From the IMG/VR virus record IMGVR_UViG_3300035182_001709: DNA of 64,000 nt; one strand, 5' to 3'. A program made the position numbers and the translations under genes. Positions within the stretch are counted from its first letter, which is position 1; each line of letters begins with the position of its first letter. The stretch is from a virus (lineage: Duplodnaviria; Heunggongvirae; Uroviricota; Caudoviricetes). Of the stretch, positions 48,191 through 55,771 are shown in pieces. The notes below the pieces were generated by a model. The model made no database searches. It was not told the DNA's origin and saw only the letters and a program-made list of their open reading frames with translations.

Positions 48191-48642
48191 TCATCGAGGG
48201 CTGACTCTGCATCAACTTCGGCCCTGATTTCATCACGAACCTCCTGCAAGATACGACCCAACCAATTCTGTCCCTGCCCGCGACAAACGCCCCAAAACTT
48301 ATCGTTCCAGTGGTTGCCCTCGATGAGCTCAGCATCCTCAGTCGCCAGCAACATCTCGCGGAGCAGCGGGTTCTCGAACTTGGCCTTGACGAACTTTCGC
48401 ATCAAGTCGACCTTGACCTGGTCCCAATCCTCGCGGAGGGTGACAGAGCGGCCGAGCTTCTTGGCCTCGGCCGCCGTCTTCGACTTGCGCACCATCTCAC
48501 GTTGCGTCTCGTCTAGGGTCTTGGCAGCCTGATAGGCATGCTCAACCGTGGCATAATGCCGGCCGTCGACGATGATGGTGGATGGATGAAAGTTCGACAA
48601 GAACGCGAACTCATTGATGAACCTGTCGATCTTTGCTGACAC
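48181..48642 (-). CDS. NADAR/YbiA-family (DUF1768) protein
   Basis: FAFLSNFHPS...DGRHYATVEHAYQAAK...EAKKLGR...REDWD...KFENP...WGVCRGQGQNWLGRIL (NADAR signature). Confidence 0.7.
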   Translation of the reverse strand: MSAKIDRFINEFAFLSNFHPSTIIVDGRHYATVEHAYQAAKTLDETQREMVRKSKTAAEAKKLGRSVTLREDWDQVKVDLMRKFVKAKFENPLLREMLLATEDAELIEGNHWNDKFWGVCRGQGQNWLGRILQEVRDEIRAEVDAESALDDIP

Positions 48643-48683
48643 TTTGGCCTCCGCCTCACCCTATCAAAGGGAACGGCAACTGT

Positions 48684-49352
48684 TCACCAGTCACCCTTGA
48701 GCCACTTCGACAGGTTGTACTTCTGACCTGTCCTATGGTCAGTGACCAGGTCGTCCTGTGTCCGGTAGGTTCGTACCTTGTCGCCGCGCTGACCTGAGCC
48801 CACCTGTTGCTTGCGCTCGTTGGAGCGCTCGCGGTAGAGCCGTTCAGACTCAGCCTCGTAGAGGCGAGCGGCCAAGACCTTGAAGGCCATCGCCCGGTTC
48901 TGGTGCTGCGAGCGCTCGTTGTCAATGCGAACCTGAAAGCCGGTGGGCTTGTGGACCGCGATGACGCACGACTCTGTCTTGTTGCGATTTTGGCCGCCCG
49001 GACCCGAGCCTCGGGCAGTGGTGATTTCCACATCACGGGGGTCTAGTGCCTGGCCGATGACGGTGTCTGGGTTTAAGACCGCGACCGTCACTGTCGACGT
49101 TTGCACACGACCACGCTTTTCTGTCGGTGGAACGCGCTGCCACCTGTGCCCGCCGCCTTCATTTGCAAAGGTCTGCAGGGTTCCTGGGCCGGAGACAGAG
49201 AGCATCACCATCCCTGGTCGATCATCGATTACAGTCGCCTCAAAGACCCCTCCGGGCCGCCGCGTTGGCGTATGCCCGGAGCTGCTCCTGAACGAGAAGT
49301 CTTGCGTCCTCGCCGCCCTCGGCGGCCCTGATCTCGATGATGACAGTTTCCA
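48684..49352 (-). CDS. Class-I peptide chain release factor homologue (RF1-like domains 2-4, PPT tripeptide, GGQ) made by programmed +1 frameshift at CUU-UGA; lacks domain 1
   Basis: Frame 1 (ATG 49352) reads METVIIEIRAAEGGEDARLLVQEQLRAYANAAARRGL then UGA (49242-49240). The +1 frame continues GVFEATVIDD...GGGHRWQRVPPTEKRGRVQTSTVTVAV...SGPGGQNRNKTES...RIDNERSQHQNRAMAFKVLAARL...GDKVRTYRTQDDLVTDHR. The junction AGGGGU-CUU-UGA-G has a Shine-Dalgarno-like AGGGG 3 nt upstream. Confidence 0.7.
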   Translation of the reverse strand, partial: WKLSSSRSGPPRAARTQDFSFRSSSGHTPTRRPGGVFEATVIDDRPGMVMLSVSGPGTLQTFANEGGGHRWQRVPPTEKRGRVQTSTVTVAVLNPDTVIGQALDPRDVEITTARGSGPGGQNRNKTESCVIAVHKPTGFQVRIDNERSQHQNRAMAFKVLAARLYEAESERLYRERSNERKQQVGSGQRGDKVRTYRTQDDLVTDHRTGQKYNLSKWLKGDW

Positions 49353-49353
49353 T

Positions 49354-49665
49354 GTTAGTCCTCCACGGCAACGAGGATGCCGAAGACGGTCTTCCTCGTG
49401 CACCAACCGTTGATGTGGCCGTGATTGTTGCTGATCTGGTAGCGACCATCGCTGCCGATAGCTGACACCTTGTGAAGCATCTGGATGCCGTTGACCTTGC
49501 ACAGGACAACGTCGTCAACCTCGACCAACGTTTCGTCCGTGACAGGGGCGACCGTGACCAGCTGCCCGCTGCAGATCCGCGGGACCATACTGTTCCCGTG
49601 TGGGCGAAACTTGACCGTCTGACCCTCACGTAGAGCCTGGACGTTGAAGAGAGATCAGTCTGTCA
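49354..49665 (-). CDS. LexA/UmuD-like S24 peptidase domain protein; catalytic-Ser region lies upstream of the first in-frame ATG, behind ATG-ACA-GAC-TGA
   Basis: ...VKFRPHGNSMVPRICSGQLVTVAPV...VVLCKVNG... (S24 GxSM Ser and Lys dyad). The reading frame is open from the TGA at 49656-49654, which is preceded by ATG ACA GAC. Confidence 0.4.
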
Positions 49666-49675
49666 TGATGGTTCC

Positions 49676-49765
49676 TGTTGAGATGGGACTCGAATCCACG
49701 ATTCCCCACGTATGAGATGGGTGCTGTTGCCGCTGAGCCATTGGGAGGCCAACCTGCGCTCACCT
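49676..49765 (-). tRNA. tRNA-like gene, candidate CAU anticodon; acceptor boundaries unresolved
   Basis: Candidate anticodon arm CCCAT-CUCAUAC-GTGGG; D loop AGCGGCAA; T loop TTCGAGT. Confidence 0.3.
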
Positions 49766-49830
49766 ACAGGGGGTGGGCATCACGCGCCAACCCAACTCGA
49801 GTGGTTACTTCTACGAAGATCTCTTCATTC

Positions 49831-49910
49831 TGGTACCAGAGGCGGGATTTGAACCCGCACGCTTTTGGCGCTCCGCTCTAAACGGAGTGTGTCTGCCGTT
49901 CCACCACTCT
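49831..49910 (-). tRNA. tRNA-Leu (UAG), type II
   Basis: GCCAGAG...CTCCG-UUUAGAG-CGGAG...GCGGG-TTCAAAT-CCCGC-CTCTGGT-A-CCA. Confidence 0.6.
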
Positions 49911-50210
49911 GGCATTTCTACCGCAGTAGGTAGGTGTTTGACTGTGGCAATTGGGACACAGCATGCGAAAATTTTCAAGCCTGTGATCCCGTGGATTCCG
50001 GTTCACATGATCAACATGAACGCAGAGATGTTTCCTCTCTATTCTGGGAATCCGCACTCTTCACACTCATTTTCTTAAGTCCCGATCTAATCAGACTTTT
50101 CTTCAGCCAAGCGTTCACCCACAGGTCTCCATGACCTGTGCTGGTGGACACCGCCGATAACAGCACTTGCTGCCATCCTGGGAGTTTCACCCGAGCCAGT
50201 GGTTACTTGC

Positions 50211-50286
50211 TGGCGCGCCCGGCAGGATTTGAACCTACGTAAACTTGTTTCGTAGACAAGTGCCTCATCCACTAGGCTACGGGCGC
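50211..50286 (-). tRNA. tRNA-Arg (ACG)
   Basis: GCGCCCG-TA-GCCT-AGTGGATG-AGGC-A-CTTGT-CUACGAA-ACAAG...TTCAAAT... Confidence 0.6.
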
Positions 50287-50410
50287 ATGATTTAGTGAGG
50301 TGAGTCGTAAACCGGGTTTGTTCACCCTAAGCGGGTGGACGATCATTCCTCTTGGTTGACAGTTACCTGTCCCCACCTCAAAGGTTGAAACGCTTCACCT
50401 TCACGATCGG

Positions 50411-50484
50411 ATTCGAACCGACGACCCAGTAGTTGGACACCACCTGCTCTACCAGACTGAGCTACGTCTCATGAGTTACTTACG
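50411..50484 (-). tRNA. tRNA, anticodon uncertain (loop region GUCCAAC; possibly Trp CCA); acceptor pairing poor
   Basis: D arm GCTC-AGTCTGGTA-GAGC and T arm GTCGG-TTCGAAT-CCGAT are clear. Confidence 0.35.
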
Positions 50485-50488
50485 TTTC

Positions 50489-50575
50489 TGGTGCCAGTGG
50501 AGGGATTCGAACCCTCACGCTTGTGGGCGGCGGTTTTTGAGACCGCTGTGTCTGCCTGGTTCCACCACACTGGCA
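50489..50575 (-). tRNA. tRNA-Leu (CAA), type II
   Basis: GCCAGTG...GCGGT-CUCAAAA-ACCGC-[variable arm]-GAGGG-TTCGAAT-CCCTC-CACTGGC-A-CC. Confidence 0.6.
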
Positions 50576-50611
50576 TTACGTTGAATATTCTCGAGTCAAT
50601 TCTGGTGTCGA

Positions 50612-50697
50612 TGACAGGGGATCGGACCTGCCTAGAGAAGTTACCCTAACTAGGGTCTGAGACTAGCGCGTCTGCCTAATTCCTCCACGGCGACGTA
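50612..50697 (-). tRNA. Type II tRNA-like gene (Leu-like, candidate CAG) with non-canonical T arm (8-nt loop TCCGATCC)
   Basis: The 5-prime half closely parallels the Leu(CAG) gene at 47549-47637. Confidence 0.3.
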
Positions 50698-50713
50698 ACT
50701 AATGCTTGGTGAC

Positions 50714-50780
50714 CCCAGCGGGTTTCGATCCCGCTTCTCCTGGTTGAAAGCCAGGCGACTTAGCCACTGGTCGATGGGGC
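50714..50780 (-). tRNA. tRNA-Glu (UUC)
   Basis: Anticodon arm CCTGG-CUUUCAA-CCAGG; acceptor GGCCCCA/TGGGGTC-A-CCA. Confidence 0.55.
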
Positions 50781-50958
50781 CATACTTGGCGATTGCACGT
50801 GTTAGCAACTTACCACTACCCATGCACCCATCATCGAGATCATCAGACGAGTGTTTCCCGACGTAGACCTTTCCGTTAAACGAGATTTTCGATGCAGTAG
50901 ACGTAATGAAACACGATCTATTTATCGACAACTTCGATATTCGATCGAGTTGCACAGG

Positions 50959-51031
50959 GTGAGCGAGGGGATTCGAACCCCCACCTTCAGGGCCACAACC
51001 TGACGTGCAGAACCACTATACCACGCCCACC
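50959..51031 (-). tRNA. tRNA-His (GUG) with encoded G-1
   Basis: G-GTGGGCG...TCAGG-UUGUGGC-CCTGA...GGGGG-TTCGAAT-CCCCT-CGCTCAC-C. Confidence 0.55.
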
Positions 51032-51252
51032 ATAGACCGGACTTTTTGGGGAGTCCGGCGGACCCTGCGATCACCCGAAGGGTCGCAAACTTCAGCTGTT
51101 AGATTTCTCGGACGCTGCCTTGACCTTCTTGACGATGAAGACCACCGCTGCAACAGCTGCGGCCGTAAGTGTTGCGACAGTTGCCACCCTGACAAGCTTG
51201 GAAAATTGCATAATGCTACCTTACCACCCTCGTCAGAGGGTGTACACAGTTG

Positions 51253-51344
51253 GCGGAAGCGAAGGGATTCAAACCTCTGGGCCCATGAGGACCCTCCTGC
51301 TAAGCTTCGAGACAGGTGTGATAAACCGTTCTACCACGCTTCAA
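51253..51344 (-). tRNA. Degenerate Ser-like tRNA element (same 3-prime-end family ...CGCTTCCGCCA)
   Basis: Shares acceptor/T-arm family with the tRNA-like genes at 44188-44268, 44934-45026 and 45295-45374; anticodon arm not formed. Confidence 0.3.
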
Positions 51345-51357
51345 TGGAGCTGATGGT

Positions 51358-51419
51358 CGGACTCGAACCGACAGTCTGCTGCTTACAAGGCAGCTGCATC
51401 GCCATTATGCTACACCAGC
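51358..51419 (-). tRNA. tRNA-Thr (UGU), second copy
   Basis: GCTGGTG-TA-GCAT-AATGGCG-ATGC-A-GCTGC-CUUGUAA-GCAGC-AGACT-GTCGG-TTCGAGT-CCGAC-CATCAGC. Confidence 0.55.
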
Positions 51420-51426
51420 ATGAATT

Positions 51427-51500
51427 TTCACTTGCACGGAATCGAACCGTTCTACTCGCTTTTTAGGCAAATGTGCTACCGTTACACTAAGTCAGACGCG
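51427..51500 (-). tRNA. tRNA-like gene, anticodon unresolved (loop CUAAAAA)
   Basis: T loop TTCGATT present; acceptor pairing poor. Confidence 0.25.
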
Positions 51501-51525
51501 TTAGCGCCCAAGAGTTACTAACTCT

Positions 51526-51598
51526 GAGCGGCCGACAGGAATCGAACCCGTGAGATTCTCCATGGCAAGGAGACGCCGTACCACTGGGCCACGGCCGC
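51526..51598 (-). tRNA. tRNA-Gly (GCC), second copy
   Basis: GCGGCCG-TG-GCCC-AGTGGTAC-GGCG...TCTCC-UUGCCAU-GGAGA...TTCGATT...CGGCCGC. Confidence 0.55.
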
Positions 51599-51619
51599 AT
51601 TGCGATCGATCTTTCACCT

Positions 51620-51706
51620 TCGACAGGAGGGACTTGAACCCCCACCACCCCTCGCGAGGCGAGCCGGTTTTCTGCCGGCCGTGTATGCCGATTCCACCAC
51701 TGTGCT
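51620..51706 (-). tRNA. Type II tRNA-like gene, anticodon loop CAGAAAA (GAA-like with A33); identity uncertain
   Basis: Variable arm hairpin CCTCG/CGAGG; T arm GGGGG-TTCAAGT-CCCTC. Confidence 0.3.
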
Positions 51707-51728
51707 GTGTGGTTACTTGAGCAATCGG

Positions 51729-51800
51729 AGCTGACACCGAGAATCGAACTCGGGATTCTTCCGTACCAAGGAAGCGTGATGCCACTTACACCATGTCAGC
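51729..51800 (-). tRNA. tRNA-Thr (GGU)
   Basis: GCTGACA-TG-GTGT-AAGTGGCAT-CAC...CTTCC-UUGGUAC-GGAAG...CCGAG-TTCGATT-CTCGG-TGTCAGC. Confidence 0.55.
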
Positions 51801-51809
51801 AAAACATTT

Positions 51810-51900
51810 CTCTAGCTTTCACCCACCGGGACTCGAGCCCACAAACCCTAGTTCGACATCAAGTGTCGACCGAGTCGCCGGGTTTTTACGCCGATCGCGT
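51810..51900 (-). tRNA. tRNA-like gene(s), candidate Gln (UUG) anticodon hairpin TCGAC-ACUUGAU-GTCGA; boundaries unresolved
   Basis: T loop CTCGAGT; partial second D-arm-like sequence up to ~51960. Confidence 0.25.
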
Positions 51901-52479
51901 TTGCCATTCCACCACTACACACGATTGCTCGCAGTAGGCATCTGGATTACTCGCGAAGAGATTAGAGTCGAGGGCGAGAGTTGAGCTCGCAGACACCTGT
52001 TTTGCAGACAGGCCGCTCTCCAATGGCGTACCTCGACATGAGATCGGTTGTACCACACCGATCGAGTGGTTTGCACTGTTAGTAGCTGGACTGATCCATT
52101 CCGCCCGAGCAGGCCTGGCACATATACTTGCCTTCGACCTGCTGCAGCTGGTTAGACGGGACCATTTCACCACAGCCCTCGCAAGGATCAAACGAACCGT
52201 CCACCTCATTGATTTCGCGGTAGTCGCCCTGCTTCCAAGCCTTGAGTTCGGCCTGTGAGATCTTCTGGAATGATTCATTCATTCCTGAGCGGCTGTTGGG
52301 CCCCTTTGGCATACTGACCAAACTGTTCTTAGGATCACGCGGATTCTGCACGTCGATCTTGGTAGGTGCACCGTAGAGGTGTTCTTCCTTTTCGACGGGC
52401 CAACCGTAGCACTCCTTGACAACGTTGCGGATGATCTGCCGCAGCTCAGACAACCTGATCTTCATACGATCTAAGTATG

Positions 52480-52560
52480 TGGTCCACCCTCTCCCTCTCA
52501 GGATTGAATCGAGGCCTCCTGGGTTTCAACCAAGTGCGCTACCATTACGCCAAGGGTGGA
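52480..52560 (-). tRNA. tRNA-Phe (GAA)-like gene with a 7-nt insertion (AGGGAGA, duplicating the acceptor 3-prime strand) between the T stem and acceptor
   Basis: Anticodon arm CTTGG-UUGAAAC-CCAGG; 5-prime TCCACCC pairs with GGGTGGA located 7 nt beyond the expected position. Confidence 0.35.
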
Positions 52561-52573
52561 TGCATGAAATCCG

Positions 52574-52647
52574 GTCCCCAAGGTCGGAGTCGAACCGACA
52601 TCTCCTGTTCTTCAGGCAGGCGCTAAAGCCACCCCGGCTACTCGGGG
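52574..52647 (-). tRNA. tRNA-Phe (GAA)
   Basis: Anticodon loop CUGAAGA; acceptor CCCCGAG/CTTGGGG; T arm GTCGG-TTCGACT-CCGAC. Confidence 0.5.
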
Positions 52648-52797
52648 ATGGAACGTGTCGTTGGTTCCAACCCAACATTTCCGGATTTGCTTTTTCCGGC
52701 GTCTTGCATTAGACGACACATGCATGGGTGACCGACGGGAGTTGCACCCGCACTTGTCTGATTCACAGTCAAATGACCCGTTATCGGGCGGTCACAG

Positions 52798-52870
52798 TCA
52801 GGATGGTGGGACTCGAACCCACGGCTCCCTCGCTCCAGACGAGGTTGTCTGCCGCTGACTTACATCCTGA
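52798..52870 (-). tRNA. tRNA-Pro (UGG) (C33 in loop)
   Basis: TCAGGAT...CCTCG-UCUGGAG-CGAGG...GTGGG-TTCGAGT-CCCAC-C-ATCCTGA. Confidence 0.45.
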
Positions 52871-52921
52871 ATTTGATGGCACCGTGAAACACGGCGAGAT
52901 TTCGAGTTGGCCATCACGACG

Positions 52922-52996
52922 TGGAGCTGGCGATGGGAGTCGAACCCACATGATCCTCCTTACGAGAGAGGCGCATCTGCCTTTGTGCTACACCAG
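52922..52996 (-). tRNA. tRNA-Thr (CGU), second copy
   Basis: GCTGGTG-TA-GCA-CAAAGGCAGA-TGC...CCTCT-CUCGUAA-GGAGG...GTGGG-TTCGACT-CCCAT-CGCCAGC-T-CCA. Confidence 0.5.
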
Positions 52997-53096
52997 CATG
53001 TGGGGTGCTTGTACACCCCACGTTTCTCACTCGACGCTGAGAATCACCCCTGTGCCGACCGTCTTACTACCCTCGCCGGTGAATCCGGTTTCAGAG

Positions 53097-53120
53097 GTAT
53101 GCCATCGCCACGTGGCGATT
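53097..53120. repeat. Palindrome CCATCGCCACG/CGTGGCGATGG (hairpin on either strand) between tRNA genes
   Basis: Seen directly in the sequence. Confidence 0.4.
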
Positions 53121-53199
53121 GGTCGGAATGGCCGGATTCGAACCGGCGACCCCCTGTCCCCCAGACGGGTGCGCTAAACCAAACTACGCTACATTCCGA
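53120..53199 (-). tRNA. tRNA-Pro (GGG)
   Basis: TCGGAAT...CCCGT-CUGGGGG-ACAGG...CCGG-TTCGAAT-CCGG-CC-ATTCCGA-C-CA. Confidence 0.5.
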
Positions 53200-53211
53200 T
53201 GTGAAACTTGG

Positions 53212-53284
53212 TCAGGGTGGGGAGACTTGCACTCCCGTCCTCCTCGATCCGAACGAGGCCGTCTGCTTCTGACTTACACCCTGA
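53212..53284 (-). tRNA. tRNA-Pro (CGG) with non-canonical T loop (TGCAAGT)
   Basis: TCAGGGT...CCTCG-UUCGGAU-CGAGG...GGGAG-TGCAAGT-CTCCC-C-ACCCTGA. Confidence 0.5.
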
Positions 53285-53600
53285 TAGCGTCGATCGACTG
53301 ATCGTCTAGGAGAAGGGCATCACTCCCTCTCACCTACCTCGCAGCAGTCGCGTTGTTCCGTCATAGGACTCAGCAGTTAGCTAGACCGCCTCAACATCCC
53401 AGCAGGAATTTACCTGCATGCACCCCAGCTCTGATCCGGTATTGTCGGTGCACTGTCTCTCGTGAGAATAGGGAACTGCCTGATCCCACGTCGGACGACG
53501 TTACGCTTCCATGCGCCTCGGACCTGACCAGTTCCCGGTGCCAGTGCCTTTCCCCGAGCAGGGATGAACTTCAGCCACGAGACGATCAGACGATCGACGG

Positions 53601-53675
53601 TCGGCACGATGGGATCTGAACCCACGACCTCTGCTGTGTGAGAGCAGCGATCTAGCCCCTGAGCTAAGTGCCGAT
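53601..53675 (-). tRNA. tRNA-Val (CAC)
   Basis: Anticodon arm CTGCT-CUCACAC-AGCAG; T arm GTGGG-TTCAGAT-CCCAT. Confidence 0.5.
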
Positions 53676-53677
53676 TA

Positions 53678-53774
53678 GTGGACCCGGCGGGATCGAACCG
53701 CCCTGTCGGGTGCCCGTAACCTCCTGACATGGAGGAACAGCAACACCGTGTATGCCCGTTACACCACGGGTCCA
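53678..53774 (-). tRNA. tRNA-Asp (GUC)-like gene, ~97 nt, with internal direct repeat (GTAACGGGCA / TTACGGGCAC) suggesting a ~20-nt insertion
   Basis: Acceptor GGACCCG/CGGGTCC; anticodon hairpin CCTCC-AUGUCAG-GGAGG; T arm GGGCGG-TTCGATC-CCGCC. Confidence 0.35.
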
Positions 53775-53828
53775 TTGGAACGCAGGTTGTCAGAGAACAA
53801 GGAAGAACGGACCTTGCGGTCTGTTTCC

Positions 53829-53907
53829 TGGTCGGGGAGGTCGGATTTGAACCGACAACATCGTGCACCCAAAGCACGCGCACTACCAGGTTGTGCTACA
53901 CCCCGAT
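53829..53907 (-). tRNA. tRNA-Pro (UGG), second copy
   Basis: Anticodon arm CGTGC-UUUGGGU-GCACG; T arm GTCGG-TTCAAAT-CCGAC; ...CTCCCCG-A-CCA. Confidence 0.5.
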
Positions 53908-54114
53908 GAGTTTCTTCTGTCTGTCTGCCGGTTGTCTCTGCCCGGCTGCGCCACTTTCAACCCCTATGGGGGTGCGGCGACCGAAACGGCAACGACAACG
54001 TGGTCACAGACAAGAGGCAACAGAGGCTTTCGCCTTCCATGCTCATCATCGTCGTTGTGGTTCCGCGTGACATTGTAAATCTCGTTTTCGGTTAGGAGTG
54101 AGTTGTAGTGACTC

Positions 54115-54190
54115 GGTGACCCTAACGGGATTCGAACCCGGGTCGCCAGCGTGAGAGGCTAGCATCCTGAGCCGTTAGAAGATAGGGCCA
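54115..54190 (-). tRNA. tRNA, candidate Glu (CUC)
   Basis: Acceptor GGCCCTA/TAGGGTC-A; anticodon arm CTAGC-CUCUCAC-GCTGG; T arm CCGGG-TTCGAAT-CCCGT. Confidence 0.35.
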
Positions 54191-54286
54191 TTTGATGGCC
54201 TTGCAACCATCGTGAACATACAGTATCATGCTCCTTGGGTCTCGTACACTGCTTTTTTCACTTTTTTCGATGGGCTCTCTGCGAAC

Positions 54287-55060
54287 TTATGCGGGAGGCT
54301 GGCGGTAGACGGTCTGCGCGCCCTCAGACGAAATCCCAAGCGAAAGATTAGCGTCGGCGAGGATCACGGGCAACCGCATCGTCGTCCCATCCAGCTCGCA
54401 GTCTAGGCTCACCAGCCTCAGACCGTGGCTGTAGTCGGCGTACGTGTTCTCATGGCCTAGGTACAGAGGCTGGATCGGCCGCCCATTGAGCTGCTGCCAA
54501 CCATAGATGGCGACCTGCTTCGTCTGACGCTCCAAGCGCTGCGTCATGACGACATCCTTCTTGTGACCCGCGGTCAACTTGGTGGCATCGAGCTTCATCA
54601 TCTCGAGTTGCTTGTTGATGCGCTGGTTGTGAATGACCAGACGCTCAGTTGTCATCATTGACGCATCATAAGGCGGGCCCCATGGGAGAGGTTGCAGCTT
54701 GTTGACCGCTGCGGCCCAAATCAGGTCAGACATCCTAGTCGTCGGTAGCATGCAATCCCACGCATCGCACACCTGCTGCGCCGCGAGCGGAGACAACGAG
54801 GTACGTAGGTAGTCAGCATTAGTGCCGATGCACAACACGTCGGGCATCACGTGGAGCGTCAGAGTGTGCGTCTGGTTGTCGGCTGAGCGAAACGTCGTCG
54901 TCACGTCGACAAATGATCGCATGTGCGCAGGCACGTTGCCCGCGAGCAAGGCTGCGACGGCGTGAGCGTCACGGGTGATGTGATCCATGCCCGTCACTTC
55001 GCTGACGAACTGTGCGGCGGTGATCGGCGTCTCGGAAACTGGGATGATGGGCGATGTCAT
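54287..55060 (-). CDS. Hypothetical protein
   Basis: 257-aa ORF, TAA stop. Confidence 0.35.
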   Translation of the reverse strand: MTSPIIPVSETPITAAQFVSEVTGMDHITRDAHAVAALLAGNVPAHMRSFVDVTTTFRSADNQTHTLTLHVMPDVLCIGTNADYLRTSLSPLAAQQVCDAWDCMLPTTRMSDLIWAAAVNKLQPLPWGPPYDASMMTTERLVIHNQRINKQLEMMKLDATKLTAGHKKDVVMTQRLERQTKQVAIYGWQQLNGRPIQPLYLGHENTYADYSHGLRLVSLDCELDGTTMRLPVILADANLSLGISSEGAQTVYRQPPA

Positions 55061-55071
55061 GGCAGCTTTAA

Positions 55072-55314
55072 CTAGCTGCCAGCTGACCCACTCATGGCCG
55101 ACTCAGCGGGATAGGCGAGGCTTCGGTGGTCCAGCGCGGAGTCAGACCTCTTACCGAGTTCAGCTTTGACATCGTGGATCTTTGTCGCATAGCTTGCGCG
55201 AAGCTCCGGCGACGTGGTGCCCGATAGGAGGGCATCAGCCATGACGAGGTAACCGCGCAAGGCATCGACGGACCAATGAGCGTACGTCACAGGTCGTCTC
55301 CGGCGCTGGCCCAA
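55072..55314 (-). CDS. Hypothetical small protein
   Basis: 80-aa ORF. Confidence 0.25.
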   Translation of the reverse strand: MGQRRRRPVTYAHWSVDALRGYLVMADALLSGTTSPELRASYATKIHDVKAELGKRSDSALDHRSLAYPAESAMSGSAGS

Positions 55315-55709
55315 CGTTCATACTCGTTTTCAACGTCAACGCCCACCCACCGTAGCCAGTCATCACAGCGCTGCCTGATCAGTTGCTCCATCCAGAGCTT
55401 GATGAACGACTCACCATGAGGCCACGTGGACTCTTCGGACATGTCGACCTCCTTGCCATTGATCTTGACAACGACATGCCAGACTGCCGAGGTGAACAGT
55501 GACTGGTATAACTCGTGAGCTTCAACGCGGTAATCCCCGATGGGCCAATCGATTGCCTCCTCGTGAGCATCGACAATGCTCGAAACAACGTCTAGGTCGA
55601 ACCCGCTCAAATCAATCATGTCGTGCGTCCTGTGTGTTTCATCATATAACACCCGATTGCGCGTGCCGGGTACCATTCCGAACGTCGACAGATACGTATC
55701 TGCAGTCAC
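55287..55709 (-). CDS. Hypothetical protein
   Basis: 140-aa ORF. Confidence 0.3.
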   Translation of the reverse strand: MTADTYLSTFGMVPGTRNRVLYDETHRTHDMIDLSGFDLDVVSSIVDAHEEAIDWPIGDYRVEAHELYQSLFTSAVWHVVVKINGKEVDMSEESTWPHGESFIKLWMEQLIRQRCDDWLRWVGVDVENEYERWASAGDDL

Positions 55710-55771
55710 CGCAATGACGGCGCAGGCATATGACCATCAGAGACAAGACTCGATCACGAAAGACGTACTCG

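Noticed and set aside
48684-49502. N-terminal ~100 aa of the supplied 272-aa ORF (Ser/Arg/Pro-rich) as part of the release factor
   Set aside because: Low complexity, no RF similarity. The RF N-terminal continuation is found in the adjacent frame (49240-49352) joined at a CUU-UGA site, so the upstream extension is a frame artefact.
49654-49656. UGA recoding (opal suppression) as the explanation for the in-frame TGA upstream of the S24 peptidase
   Set aside because: TGA is the predominant genuine stop codon in this window and no tRNA with a UCA anticodon was found in the arrays, so frameshift or non-AUG initiation is more plausible.
49678-53301. Many supplied ORFs of 60-150 aa inside 49.6-54.2 kb (for example 49678-49881, 49773-50078, 52728-53177, 52907-53272, 53729-54070) and 42746-42931
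   Set aside because: They are translations of tRNA genes or their antisense (rich in the 'RFEP/GFEP' peptides produced by GGATTCGAACC). They have no start context, and the tRNA interpretation explains the sequence.
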